A stretch of 64,000 nt of DNA from Candidatus Marinacidobacterales bacterium. GTDB taxonomy: Bacteria; Acidobacteriota; Vicinamibacteria; Marinacidobacterales; SMYC01. Below are positions 1-9,254 of this stretch, piece by piece. The notes below the pieces were generated by a model that did no database searches, was not told the origin of the DNA, and saw only the letters and a list, made by a program, of their open reading frames with translations. Every line of letters begins with the position of its first letter. Position 1 is the stretch's first letter. A program made the position numbers and the translations under genes. Where the stretch lies: assembly GCA_965224085.1 (NCBI GenBank), contig CBDCYI010000011.1, positions 1,344,001 through 1,408,000 on the forward strand, given 5' to 3'.

Positions 1-38
1 GCAGAAAACAAAAGAGTCAGAAGGCGCGAAAGCGTCAT
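1..38 (-). CDS. 5' end of a CDS running off the window (MTLSRLLTLLFS..., possible signal peptide)
   Basis: ATG at 38-36 overlaps the rimI TGA (ATGA coupling); only 12 codons visible. Confidence 0.45.
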   Translation of the reverse strand, partial: MTLSRLLTLLFS

Positions 39-511
39 CGCAGTATTTTTTGCAGGAGGACAGCGTCCTCACGCGGTCGTGAGTAATATTTTTTGCGCTC
101 CCCGACCGCACTAAATCCAAGGGTCTTATAGAGGCTTTGCGCGACGACGTTGCTCGCGCGAACCTCGAGCTGGACCGCCACAACGCCATTGAACCTACAG
201 TCCTCGATGGCGCGCAGAAGCAAATACCGCGCAAGGCCGCGGCGGCGGTGCCGCGGATGGACCGCCACGTTTTGGATGTGCAGCGTTTCGAAGACGATCC
301 AGGAGATGCAATAGCCTGCGACGTCACGCGCGTCGTCTGTCGTGACGGCGACTCTTGGACGTGAGAACGCGTTCACCTCGATCTCGTGCACGAAGGAGTC
401 GCGCGGCCACGGGTTCGAGTAGCTCAACCGCTCAATCACCTCGACCTCATCGAGGTGATCGGTAATCATCGGGATGAGGGCGTAGCACGACAAGAGGTCG
501 ATAGCGCTCAC
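35..511 (-). CDS. rimI: Ribosomal-protein-alanine N-acetyltransferase (GNAT)
   Basis: Motifs IERLSYSNPW, LHIQNVAVHP..RRRGLA, LEVRASN..AQSLY..LGF, RKKYY..PREDA; GTG at 511 overlaps the tsaB stop. Confidence 0.92.
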   Translation of the reverse strand: MSAIDLLSCYALIPMITDHLDEVEVIERLSYSNPWPRDSFVHEIEVNAFSRPRVAVTTDDARDVAGYCISWIVFETLHIQNVAVHPRHRRRGLARYLLLRAIEDCRFNGVVAVQLEVRASNVVAQSLYKTLGFSAVGERKKYYSRPREDAVLLQKILR

Positions 512-1206
512 GACGTGGGGTCTTTCTGATTCAGCTGAGCATCGGACGGACGGATGTAGAGCGCGTGGAGTCCGCCGAGAGGCGCTCGCTCGCCACGCGC
601 GAGCTTCTCCGCCCCGAGCCGGGCAACCTCTTCTGCGATAAAAAGAGACGGCTCTTCCAGCGCGACGCCAGCGGGATAGCGGGCCTCGAGCAAGGCGCGG
701 TATTTCAGGATCGCGCTCCCCGCGATGAGCTGGGGTCGTTTCGGAAGCTCGTCGAGAAAGCGCTCGGGAGCCACGCACAGCGGCTCTCCCAGCGGATGCG
801 TCCGCTCGCCGTCAGACGTGTAAGACCGGCCATAGACGTCGCCGCGATAAGCCCCCGCCAGCGCAACAATGAGGCCGCGGCGGCGGCGGAAACGATGCGC
901 TGTTGCATCGAGCGTCGACACCCCAACGGCTGGCCGATCGAGCGCATAAGCGAGTCCTTCCACCGCCGCGATCCCAACCCTGAGGCCGCTGAAAGAGCCC
1001 GGGCCGATGGCAACGGCGAACGCTTCGACATCCTGGAGCCTTTTTTCGACGCCCGCGAGCAGGGCTTCGATGGACGGCAGGAGATTTTCGGCATGTCTCG
1101 GGCGTGCCGTCCAGAAGCCGAGGACCCCTATCAGCTCTTCGTCCTCCAAAAGAGCCAAGCTTCCATGGGCACTGGTCGTGTCCACGGCCAATACACGCGT
1201 CAACAT
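508..1206 (-). CDS. tsaB: tRNA t6A biosynthesis protein TsaB
   Basis: VLAVDTT, HAENLLP, GPGSFSGLRVG, C-terminal ALYIR; adjacent to rimI. Confidence 0.93.
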   Translation of the reverse strand: MLTRVLAVDTTSAHGSLALLEDEELIGVLGFWTARPRHAENLLPSIEALLAGVEKRLQDVEAFAVAIGPGSFSGLRVGIAAVEGLAYALDRPAVGVSTLDATAHRFRRRRGLIVALAGAYRGDVYGRSYTSDGERTHPLGEPLCVAPERFLDELPKRPQLIAGSAILKYRALLEARYPAGVALEEPSLFIAEEVARLGAEKLARGERAPLGGLHALYIRPSDAQLNQKDPTS

Positions 1207-1261
1207 CAATGGTGCACGAATCTTACCTCCGTTTACGGCCCGCGGTACAATGCGCGCGACC

Positions 1262-3925
1262 ATGGCGACTTCGACGGGCCGAGCCCAGCATAAAACCACA
1301 AAAACGGCCACGCCTGCGATGCGGCAGTTCCACGAGATCAAAGCGCAAGCCGAGGACGCTATCCTTTTTTTCCGCATGGGCGATTTCTACGAGATGTTCT
1401 ACGACGACGCCCTCAAAGCCGCGCGCGCCCTCGAGCTCACGCTCACCTCCAGGCAAAAAGACCCCGCTGGCGCCGCGATCCCGATGTGCGGTATCCCCTA
1501 CCACGCCGCCGATACCTACGTGGGCCGGCTCATCCGCGGCGGCTTCAAAGTCGCCATTTGCGACCAGGTCGAGGATGCCAAGGAGGCCAAGGGCATCGTT
1601 CGCCGCGAGATCGTCCGCGTCGTCACCCCCTCGACCTATCTGCACCAAGGCTATCTCGAAGCCAAAGAGCCGAGCTATCTCATGGCGGTCTCCTCGACCA
1701 AGAGTGCTGTGGGCGCAGCGCTCGCGGATCTTTCCACTGGAGACTTCGTCGCCTTCGAGTTCGAAGGCGAGGAGCGGTGGCAAAAAATCGCGGAGACGCT
1801 CTCGACCTACCGCCCGCGCGAGATCCTCTATCCCGAAGGCAAACCCCTTTCCGACGACGTCTTCGCCCAATGGGGGCCTGAAGGCGACCCCCCCATCACG
1901 ACGGAGCGCGACAACTGGCGTTTCGAGCACGAAGCGAGCCGTAGCCTCTTGTTGCGTCAATTCGCGACACTGTCGCTCGAAGGCTTCGGCCTGGAGACGA
2001 AACCGCTCGCGGTCGGCGCGGCCGGCGCCGCCCTCCAATATTTGGAAGAAACGCAGCGCGGCGAGCTCACCCATATCTCTGGAATCCGCTGCCTGGAAGA
2101 AGCGGACTACCTGATCCTCGACCCGGTTACGCAAAGAAATCTCGAGCTCACGCACTCGCTCAGCGAGGGTGGCCGACGCGGCAGCCTCATCGACGTGCTC
2201 GACCGTACGACGACGTCGATGGGCGCGCGCACCCTAAAAAGTTGGCTAACGCGCCCGCTCGTCGATATCGAAGCCATCGGAAGGCGGCTCGACGCCGTCG
2301 AAGAACTCGCCTTCGACGTCATCCAAAGAGCCAAGATTCGAGAGACACTCAAAGACGTGCTCGATCTCGAGCGGCTTCTCAGCCGCGTCACGCTCAGCTC
2401 GGCGGGGCCTCGTGACTTCGTCGGCCTTCAAACCTCGCTCTCGAAGATGCCGGCCCTCCGCGGGCTCACCGCCGAAGCGAATGCCGTCCTCTTGCGCGAG
2501 CTTCACGAAGCACTCGATCCGGTCGAAGAGGTGCGAGACGACATCGAGCGGACACTCGTCTCCGAGCCCCCGGCTTTGCTCAAAGACGGTGGAACCATCC
2601 GCGAAAACGTCTCCGAAGCGCTCGACGAACTTCGCCGCCTACGTAGCGAAGGCAAGTCGACGCTCACCGAGATCGAGAAGCGCGAGCGCGCCCGCACCGG
2701 CATCACATCGCTCAAGATCCGCTTCAACAAAGTCTTCGGCTACTACCTCGAAGTCACCAAGTCGAAGCTCGACGCGGTGCCTGACGACTACATCCGCAAA
2801 CAGACGCTCGTAGGCGCGGAGCGTTACATCACGCCCGAGCTCAAGGAATACGAAGAAAAGATTCTCGGCGCCGAAGACCGTATCCAGGCGATCGAGCGGG
2901 AGCTTTTCGAGGCGCTGAATCAGCGGGTCAAATCTCACGCACCCCGGATCCGCGCTACGGCGCAAGCCGTAGCGGTGCTCGACGTCTTGACAGGACTCGC
3001 CGATGTCGCGACCGCTGGCAATCTCACCAAGCCGCGCCTTCACGACGGCTTCGAGATCGACGTCAAGGACGGACGCCACCCGGTCATCGAAGCCACGAGC
3101 CAAGAGCCTTTCGTTCCCAATGACATAGCACTGGACGAGAACCGCTACGTCGTCATCCTCACGGGCCCGAACATGGGCGGCAAGTCGACTTTTCTCCGGC
3201 AAACGGCGCTCATCTTGCTCATGGCGCAGATGGGCTCTTTCGTTCCGGCCGCAGAAGCGAAGCTCCCCATCGTCGACCGCATCTTCACCCGCGTCGGTGC
3301 TTCGGACAATTTGTTCCGCGGACGTTCGACCTTCATGGTCGAGATGCAAGAGACGGCGCACATCCTGCACCACGCAACCCCGAAGAGCTTGATCCTGCTC
3401 GACGAGATCGGGCGCGGCACGGCGACCTATGACGGGTTGTCGCTCGCATGGTCCGTCGCCGAGCACATCGCGACCGAGGCGAAGCTTAGGTCGAAGACCA
3501 TCTTCGCCACCCACTATCACGAGCTCACCGACCTCGCCGCCGAGCTTCCCGGCGTCGTGAACTACCACGTGTCGGCCCGCGAGTGGCAGGACGAGATCGT
3601 CTTCCTGCGCAAAGTACTCGAAGGCGGCTCCGACAGAAGCTACGGGATTCAAGTCGCGCGGCTAGCGGGTCTTCCGCCTTCGCTCATCCGCCGCGCACAG
3701 CAGATTCTCCTGAATCTCGAAAAGACGGAGTTCGATCTCGAAGGCCGGCCGCGGGTGACCGGAGAGAGCTCGCTTGGAAGCGGGGCGCGACAGATGTCGC
3801 TCTTCGCGGACGCCGAAGACCGCGTCGTCTCCGAGCTGCGGCGGGTGGAGCCTGAAACGATGACACCGCTCGAGGCGCTTCAGCTCGTAGCGCAGCTCAA
3901 AGAGCGGCTCGATGCGATGGAGTAG
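1262..3925 (+). CDS. mutS: DNA mismatch repair protein MutS
   Basis: TPAMRQF..IK, FRMGDFYEMF, Walker A GPNMGGKST, DEIGRGT, FATHYHEL, SYGIQVARLAG; start could also be 1250 or 1319. Confidence 0.97.
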   Translation: MATSTGRAQHKTTKTATPAMRQFHEIKAQAEDAILFFRMGDFYEMFYDDALKAARALELTLTSRQKDPAGAAIPMCGIPYHAADTYVGRLIRGGFKVAICDQVEDAKEAKGIVRREIVRVVTPSTYLHQGYLEAKEPSYLMAVSSTKSAVGAALADLSTGDFVAFEFEGEERWQKIAETLSTYRPREILYPEGKPLSDDVFAQWGPEGDPPITTERDNWRFEHEASRSLLLRQFATLSLEGFGLETKPLAVGAAGAALQYLEETQRGELTHISGIRCLEEADYLILDPVTQRNLELTHSLSEGGRRGSLIDVLDRTTTSMGARTLKSWLTRPLVDIEAIGRRLDAVEELAFDVIQRAKIRETLKDVLDLERLLSRVTLSSAGPRDFVGLQTSLSKMPALRGLTAEANAVLLRELHEALDPVEEVRDDIERTLVSEPPALLKDGGTIRENVSEALDELRRLRSEGKSTLTEIEKRERARTGITSLKIRFNKVFGYYLEVTKSKLDAVPDDYIRKQTLVGAERYITPELKEYEEKILGAEDRIQAIERELFEALNQRVKSHAPRIRATAQAVAVLDVLTGLADVATAGNLTKPRLHDGFEIDVKDGRHPVIEATSQEPFVPNDIALDENRYVVILTGPNMGGKSTFLRQTALILLMAQMGSFVPAAEAKLPIVDRIFTRVGASDNLFRGRSTFMVEMQETAHILHHATPKSLILLDEIGRGTATYDGLSLAWSVAEHIATEAKLRSKTIFATHYHELTDLAAELPGVVNYHVSAREWQDEIVFLRKVLEGGSDRSYGIQVARLAGLPPSLIRRAQQILLNLEKTEFDLEGRPRVTGESSLGSGARQMSLFADAEDRVVSELRRVEPETMTPLEALQLVAQLKERLDAME

Positions 3926-4116
3926 GGTCGACTGAATAATTCGCCGTTCGTTGGCTAGCCTAAATCCGAATTCGTGTTCACATCCCGACCGGAACGCCAA
4001 TGGCGCGGAGGACGGCGATCTCCACCTGCGCGAGGAGCTTCCCGTCCAACCCGGCCTGTTCAGATCAACTGAGGGCTAATAGAGAAAGCTCGTCAGCGCG
4101 CGCTTCAATCCATGCG

Positions 4117-4210
4117 CTAGAACCGCAACTCAGACTCCCACAGCCGCAGCTTGTTTCCTAGAACCGCAGCTCATGCTACAAGAACCAGGCAGGAGCTCTA
4201 TCCGCAGGGC
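4117..4210. repeat. Degenerate ~20-bp-period repeats (core aaccgcagct)
   Basis: ctagaaccgcaactca at 4117-4132 and ctagaaccgcagctca at 4158-4173, with weaker copies near 4142, 4183 and 4200. Confidence 0.5.
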
Positions 4211-4494
4211 GCTCATCAACATCTCCGAGCTCCGCCGCGGGCCTGTCGATCCGAAAGACGTCTATTTCTTGGAACACTCTGGTCGTGCGGTAAAGACGCC
4301 CTCTGCGTGACACCGGATGGCAAGCGCTTTCGTGATGCTCTGGAGAGGGGATCCGAAAACGCCATCGCGGGCGGGAAAATCAACATCGACACCAACGCGC
4401 TCGAGGGAATGGACCGTCTCGATCCCAGCGACTAATCGTTCACGCCGAAAACGAACCTTACCACGGCCTCATGGGCGATTCGCCTGCGTATGTT

Positions 4495-4703
4495 CTTTTA
4501 GTTCAGCGTGAGCGGATCATCGCCAGTGGCTGGCCGCTCGCGAGAGCTCTAAGAAGCGGCCGAGTGGCTCACCTGAGGAAGAAGTTTTGGGGCCGGCACT
4601 TCTGGGCCCGAGGATATCTGGCGGTGACTCCTTTTAGTTCAGCGTGAGCTCGTACGGCATCATCGCCAGTGGCTGGCCGCTCGCGAGAGCTCTAAGAAGC
4701 GGC
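4495..4703. repeat. Direct repeat of the sppA 3' end (4495-4560 and 4631-4703) flanking an IS-derived insert
   Basis: cttttagttcagcgtgagc...atcatcgccagtggctggccgctcgcgagagctctaagaagcggc occurs twice; the left copy is 7 nt shorter internally. Confidence 0.93.
4567..4627 (+). mobile_element. 61-bp internal fragment of the IS200-type tnpA
   Basis: Identical to 45209-45269 and to the equivalent part of the second IS copy; encodes AHLRKKFWGRHFWARGYLAV. Confidence 0.93.
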
Positions 4704-6430
4704 GATCGACGGAGGAACTCCGTTGGCGAGAGCGCTCGTGCCGGGAGCTGCAACACGTCACGCGTCTGAATAAAGCTAGATAAAAGAGCCTCGAAGATAT
4801 TTTTCTTCTCCGGATAAATAACCAAAGCAACGCGATCCGTCGGATCGAGGTCGATTTTTTCCTTGGCAATGGCGATCGCGCGCTCGAGACCGCCGAGCTC
4901 GTCGACGAGCCCGTGCTCGAGGGCGGAGCGGCCCATCCACACGCGGCCTTGCGCCACGGCGTGGACTTCTTCCGTCGTTTTGCCTCGCGCCTCGGCGACT
5001 CTCTCGAGAAAAGCTTGATAGCCGGATTCGATCATCGTACGGAACTGCGCGCGCTCTTCAGGGGTGAAGCTCCGGTTGTCGCTAAAGAAGTCCGCATTGG
5101 CCGTGCTCGAGACGCCGTCGCGGGAGACGCCTACCTTCTCGTAGAGGCCGGACAAGTTGAACTTTCCGGCGTAGATCCCAATGGACCCGGTGATCGTTGT
5201 CGGTTCCGCCAAGATCGTGTCGGACGCCATCGCAATCCAATAGCCGCCCGAAGCCGCTACGTTGGCCATCGAAACGATGACGGGCTTTTTCTCGCGGGTG
5301 AGTTGGGCTTCGCGCCAAATTACATCGGAAGCCACGTCACTTCCGCCGGGGCTATCGATGCGGAAGATGACCGCGTCGATAGAGTCGTCTTCACGCACGG
5401 TCTTGAATGCGTCACCAATCGTGTCCGAGCCCATCACCCGGCCGAAGACAGAATCTTCGCGGTTGGTGCCGCCGACGATCGCTCCGACGCCGTAGATCAA
5501 CGCGACGCGTCCATCGACACTGAATGACGACCGGCGGCTGGCTTGGTAATAGTTTGCCACCGTCATCGTCTTCGGTTCTTCGCCCTCTTCGGCGAGCTTC
5601 GCGCGCACTTCGTCCATGTAGTGCAACCCGTTTACGAGACGATGCTCTATCGATTGCTCGGCTGTGAACGGTCCCGCAGCGATGAGGGCGTTCACTGCCG
5701 GCGGGTCGATGCCGCGGCCTTGCGCGATCGCGGTGATCATGGTTTCGTGGAGCGTGTCGACGACCTCGCCTATCGCTTCTCGGCTCGCCTCGCTCATGTT
5801 CTCGCGCAAGAACATGTCGGGCGCGTCCTTGTAATCACCGAACCGCTCGAACTCGGCTTCGACGCCGAGTTTGTCGAGCGCCGACTTCACGAACATCAGC
5901 TCTGCGCGCACGCCCCGCAGATCGATCATCCCGCGTGGATGGAGATAGATTTGATCCGCCGCTGAAGCGAGAAAGTAGTCGCGGTTTCCCGCATATTCGA
6001 TGAACGCAACGATCGCTTTGCCCGAGTTCTTGAAGTCGAGAAGCTGTCGGTGAAGCTCGAACATGTTCGCCCAACCGAGCCCAGTGCCGCGGACGTGCAA
6101 AAGGAGCTTCTCGATACGGGCGTCCTCTTTGGCGGTGCGCACCGCGAATAGAAGCTCGCGAAACGTGATGTCCTTGACTTCGACGAAGGGCCCGCTCATG
6201 TCGTAGAGCGGGTCTTCGGGGTAGGGGCGCGCGAGATCGATGCTCAAAGCCGTGCCGCTAGTGAGCGACGGCGCCCGAGGCCCCATGCTCCTGAAAAGCG
6301 CGTAGAAAGTCGCGGTAAGCAGGAACAACGTGCCCCCGGAAAAGATGACGAGCCACAACAGCCAGCTCGGCCGGCGCGCCCGCGGCTGCTCGGGCTCGGT
6401 ATACGGCCCCGGAGCTTCGGTTTCAATCAC
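4634..6430 (-). CDS. sppA: Signal peptide peptidase SppA, 67K type (protease IV)
   Basis: N-terminal TM; two S49 domains; RIDSPGG, AASGGYWIA, TITGSIG, QGRVWMG, GLVDELGG. Confidence 0.94.
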   Translation of the reverse strand: MIETEAPGPYTEPEQPRARRPSWLLWLVIFSGGTLFLLTATFYALFRSMGPRAPSLTSGTALSIDLARPYPEDPLYDMSGPFVEVKDITFRELLFAVRTAKEDARIEKLLLHVRGTGLGWANMFELHRQLLDFKNSGKAIVAFIEYAGNRDYFLASAADQIYLHPRGMIDLRGVRAELMFVKSALDKLGVEAEFERFGDYKDAPDMFLRENMSEASREAIGEVVDTLHETMITAIAQGRGIDPPAVNALIAAGPFTAEQSIEHRLVNGLHYMDEVRAKLAEEGEEPKTMTVANYYQASRRSSFSVDGRVALIYGVGAIVGGTNREDSVFGRVMGSDTIGDAFKTVREDDSIDAVIFRIDSPGGSDVASDVIWREAQLTREKKPVIVSMANVAASGGYWIAMASDTILAEPTTITGSIGIYAGKFNLSGLYEKVGVSRDGVSSTANADFFSDNRSFTPEERAQFRTMIESGYQAFLERVAEARGKTTEEVHAVAQGRVWMGRSALEHGLVDELGGLERAIAIAKEKIDLDPTDRVALVIYPEKKNIFEALLSSFIQTRDVLQLPARALSPTEFLRRSPLLRALASGQPLAMMPYELTLN

Positions 6431-7172
6431 TGACGTTCGCGTCGCCTTCGAGCGAGAGCGAGAGGATCTCGCGTCGGGTCGTCGCCTCGCTGCTGAGTTG
6501 AGACGCCGGGTGCTCGGAAAGCATCCGGTCGTAATATTGCCGTGCCTGCTCCAAGTTTCCCGAGCGCTCTTCGAGCTTGGCGAGCGCGTAGAGCAACTCG
6601 TCTTTGGGAAGCGGATTGTCGGCGTCCTCGACTAGACTCCGGTAGATCTCTCCGGCAGCCGCGGGATCCCCGCGATCCGAGCGCACCGAAGCCAAAGTGC
6701 GCGACGCAAGGTACCAAATCAAATCACGATTACTCGAACGCACCGTCTCGAGCGAGCCGTCAGCGGCCACGAGGTCGGAGAGACCCACCTGGCAAAGCGC
6801 GACATAGTATCGAGCATGCCGGCCTTCGGCGTAGCGGCGATATTCGTTGGCCACCGCGTCGAAGAATTCGAGTGCGGTTCGATACTTCTCTTCCGTGGTG
6901 GCAAAGTTGACGACGTTCGGGTTCGGGAGCGCACCATCACCCGAGCGCACAACACCGTGATACTGCCTGAGGGCCTCGGTCAAGAGTACTTGTGCCGTCG
7001 TGGACTGCCGGCTACGGTGGATGGAGAGCCCGCCAAGAAGGAGCGCCGCCCCCACGACCACGAGGACGCCATTGATGAGGTTCTTCTGGTGGGTCATCCC
7101 CCAGGCCAGGACATGGTCGAGCCAGTGAACGAACTCGTCCTGCTTCAAATGATGTCGTTCCGCTCGCTTCAC
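6423..7172 (-). CDS. Membrane-anchored tetratricopeptide-repeat protein (YfgM-like)
   Basis: N-terminal RHHLKQDEF, single TM, TPR-like helices (ELLYALAKLEERSGNLEQARQYY); overlaps the sppA start. Confidence 0.75.
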   Translation of the reverse strand: MKRAERHHLKQDEFVHWLDHVLAWGMTHQKNLINGVLVVVGAALLLGGLSIHRSRQSTTAQVLLTEALRQYHGVVRSGDGALPNPNVVNFATTEEKYRTALEFFDAVANEYRRYAEGRHARYYVALCQVGLSDLVAADGSLETVRSSNRDLIWYLASRTLASVRSDRGDPAAAGEIYRSLVEDADNPLPKDELLYALAKLEERSGNLEQARQYYDRMLSEHPASQLSSEATTRREILSLSLEGDANVSD

Positions 7173-7318
7173 GCACTTACCTCCGAAACTTCAACCCAAA
7201 ACTTTAACATTGAGTCTCCCTCGCGGCCGTTCGGCTGTCAACTCGCGAAGCCGCTCCCCTCTATGGTAAGACTGCGCGACCTTTCTTACTAGCAGCACTC
7301 TGGAGACACTTAGTCAAC

Positions 7319-9244
7319 ATGACGTTGTTCGGCGAGCAGGACGCCTATTTGTTCCGGGAGGGAACGCATACCCGGCTTCACGACCGCCTCGGCGCCCATC
7401 TCGGTGAGCACGATAATACCGCGGGGTGTTTCTTTTCGGTTTGGGCTCCGGGCGCCGCCGAGGTTTTTGTGACCGGCGATTTCAATGCATGGGAGGCGGA
7501 CGCTGCACCGATGGGGATCGACGAATCCACCGGCATCTGGACGCGGTTCGAGCCGGGAGTCCGCGATGGGAACTCGTACAAATACCACGTCCGGTCGCGC
7601 CTCAAAGGGTATCGCGTCGACAAATCGGATCCGTTCGCTTTCTTTCGCGAGGTGCCTCCGGAGACCGCATCGATCGTGTGGCCGCTCGATTACGACTGGA
7701 ACGACGCGGCATGGATGGACTCCCGAGAGACACCGAACGCGCTCGACGCGCCCTGGTCGATTTACGAGGTTCATCTTGGTTCATGGCGCCGGAGCGCCGA
7801 CGGGACAGAGCCACACTATCGTGAGCTCGCGAAAGCACTTGCGGACTACGTGCTCGATCTCGGCTTTACCCACGTCGAGCTCCTACCGGTCATGGAGCAT
7901 CCTTACTATCCGTCCTGGGGTTATCAAACAACGGGCTATTTCGCGCCGACGAGCCGGTATGGCACGCCTCAGGACTTCATGTACTTCGTGGACGTTCTGC
8001 ATCAAGCCGGGATCGGCGTGATCCTGGATTGGGTGCCCTCGCATTATCCCTCCGATGCCCACGGGCTCGGTTTTTTCGACGGCACCTATCTCTACGAGCA
8101 CGCGGATCCGAGAAGACGCATCCACCCCGACTGGGACAGCTTGGAGTTCAACTACGCGCGCGGCGAGGTCCGCAGCTTTCTTTTGAGTAGTGCCGCCTTC
8201 TGGCTCGACTATTACCACGCCGACGGTCTGCGTGTGGACGCCGTCGCCTCGATGCTCTATCTCGACTATTCGCGGGGCGAAGGCGAGTGGACGCCGAATC
8301 GCTTCGGCGGCCACGAGCATCTCGAAGCGATGGATTTTCTTCGCCGCTTCAACGTTTCGAGCTATCGCGATCGTGGCGGCACCCAGACGATTGCGGAAGA
8401 ATCCACCGCGTGGCCGCTCGTCTCGCACCCGACTTATGTCGGCGGGCTCGGCTTTGGCATGAAGTGGGACATGGGCTTCATGCACGACACGCTCGACTAT
8501 CTAAAGGAAGCTCCGCGCTTTCGCAAGTTCCATCAGGAAAAGCTCACGTTTAGACCCATGTACGCCTTCTCGGAGAACTTCACGCTCCCTCTCTCGCACG
8601 ACGAAGTCGTGCACGGCAAAGGCTCGCTTTTGACCAAGATGCCTGGAGATGAGGACTGGGAGCAGTTCGCCAACCTCCGTCTCCTCTATGCCTACATGTG
8701 GGGTCAGCCCGGGAAGAAGCTCCTATTCATGGGCGGCGAACTGGGCCAGCGCCCCGAATGGGATCACGACCGAGCGCTCGAGTGGTTTGTGCTCGACGAG
8801 CCTCTTCATAAAGGTATCCAAAACTGGGTGCGCGATCTGAATAGGTTGTACAAAAGCGAAGCCGCGAGCCACGAGAAAGACTTCGCCGCGGATGGGTTCG
8901 AATGGGTCAACTGCCAGAACACGGGGACGAACGTGCTATCGTTTCTACGCAAAGGAGAAAAAAGCGCGAGGCCCCTTCTTCTCGTCTACAATTTCAGCAC
9001 CGAAGTCTACCGCGACTTTCGGGTCGGGGTTCCCATCGAAGGACGTTGGGACGAGCTTCTGAACAGCGACAGCGAACATTATGGAGGGCGTGGCGAAGGC
9101 AATCTGGGCGGTGTGGACACCGAGGACGTGCCATGTGACCAGCACCCGTATTCTCTATCACTTACCCTGCCCGCCCTGTCTGGGCTCTTTTTCGGGGCCG
9201 CGAGCGAGCGCAAGAAGCGAACCATTACTGTGCGCCGCAAATGA
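7319..9244 (+). CDS. glgB: 1,4-alpha-glucan branching enzyme (short form lacking the N1 extension)
   Basis: FSVWAP, IYEVHLGSW, SWGYQTTGYFAP, DGLRVDAVASMLY, AEESTAWP, LSHDEVVHGKGS. Confidence 0.96.
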   Translation: MTLFGEQDAYLFREGTHTRLHDRLGAHLGEHDNTAGCFFSVWAPGAAEVFVTGDFNAWEADAAPMGIDESTGIWTRFEPGVRDGNSYKYHVRSRLKGYRVDKSDPFAFFREVPPETASIVWPLDYDWNDAAWMDSRETPNALDAPWSIYEVHLGSWRRSADGTEPHYRELAKALADYVLDLGFTHVELLPVMEHPYYPSWGYQTTGYFAPTSRYGTPQDFMYFVDVLHQAGIGVILDWVPSHYPSDAHGLGFFDGTYLYEHADPRRRIHPDWDSLEFNYARGEVRSFLLSSAAFWLDYYHADGLRVDAVASMLYLDYSRGEGEWTPNRFGGHEHLEAMDFLRRFNVSSYRDRGGTQTIAEESTAWPLVSHPTYVGGLGFGMKWDMGFMHDTLDYLKEAPRFRKFHQEKLTFRPMYAFSENFTLPLSHDEVVHGKGSLLTKMPGDEDWEQFANLRLLYAYMWGQPGKKLLFMGGELGQRPEWDHDRALEWFVLDEPLHKGIQNWVRDLNRLYKSEAASHEKDFAADGFEWVNCQNTGTNVLSFLRKGEKSARPLLLVYNFSTEVYRDFRVGVPIEGRWDELLNSDSEHYGGRGEGNLGGVDTEDVPCDQHPYSLSLTLPALSGLFFGAASERKKRTITVRRK

Positions 9245-9254
9245 TTTCTGAGCC

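Noticed and set aside
4495-4703. CRISPR array interpretation of the repeat-insert-repeat
   Set aside because: Only two repeats, 66-73 bp long, and they are sppA coding sequence; no cas genes or leader in the window
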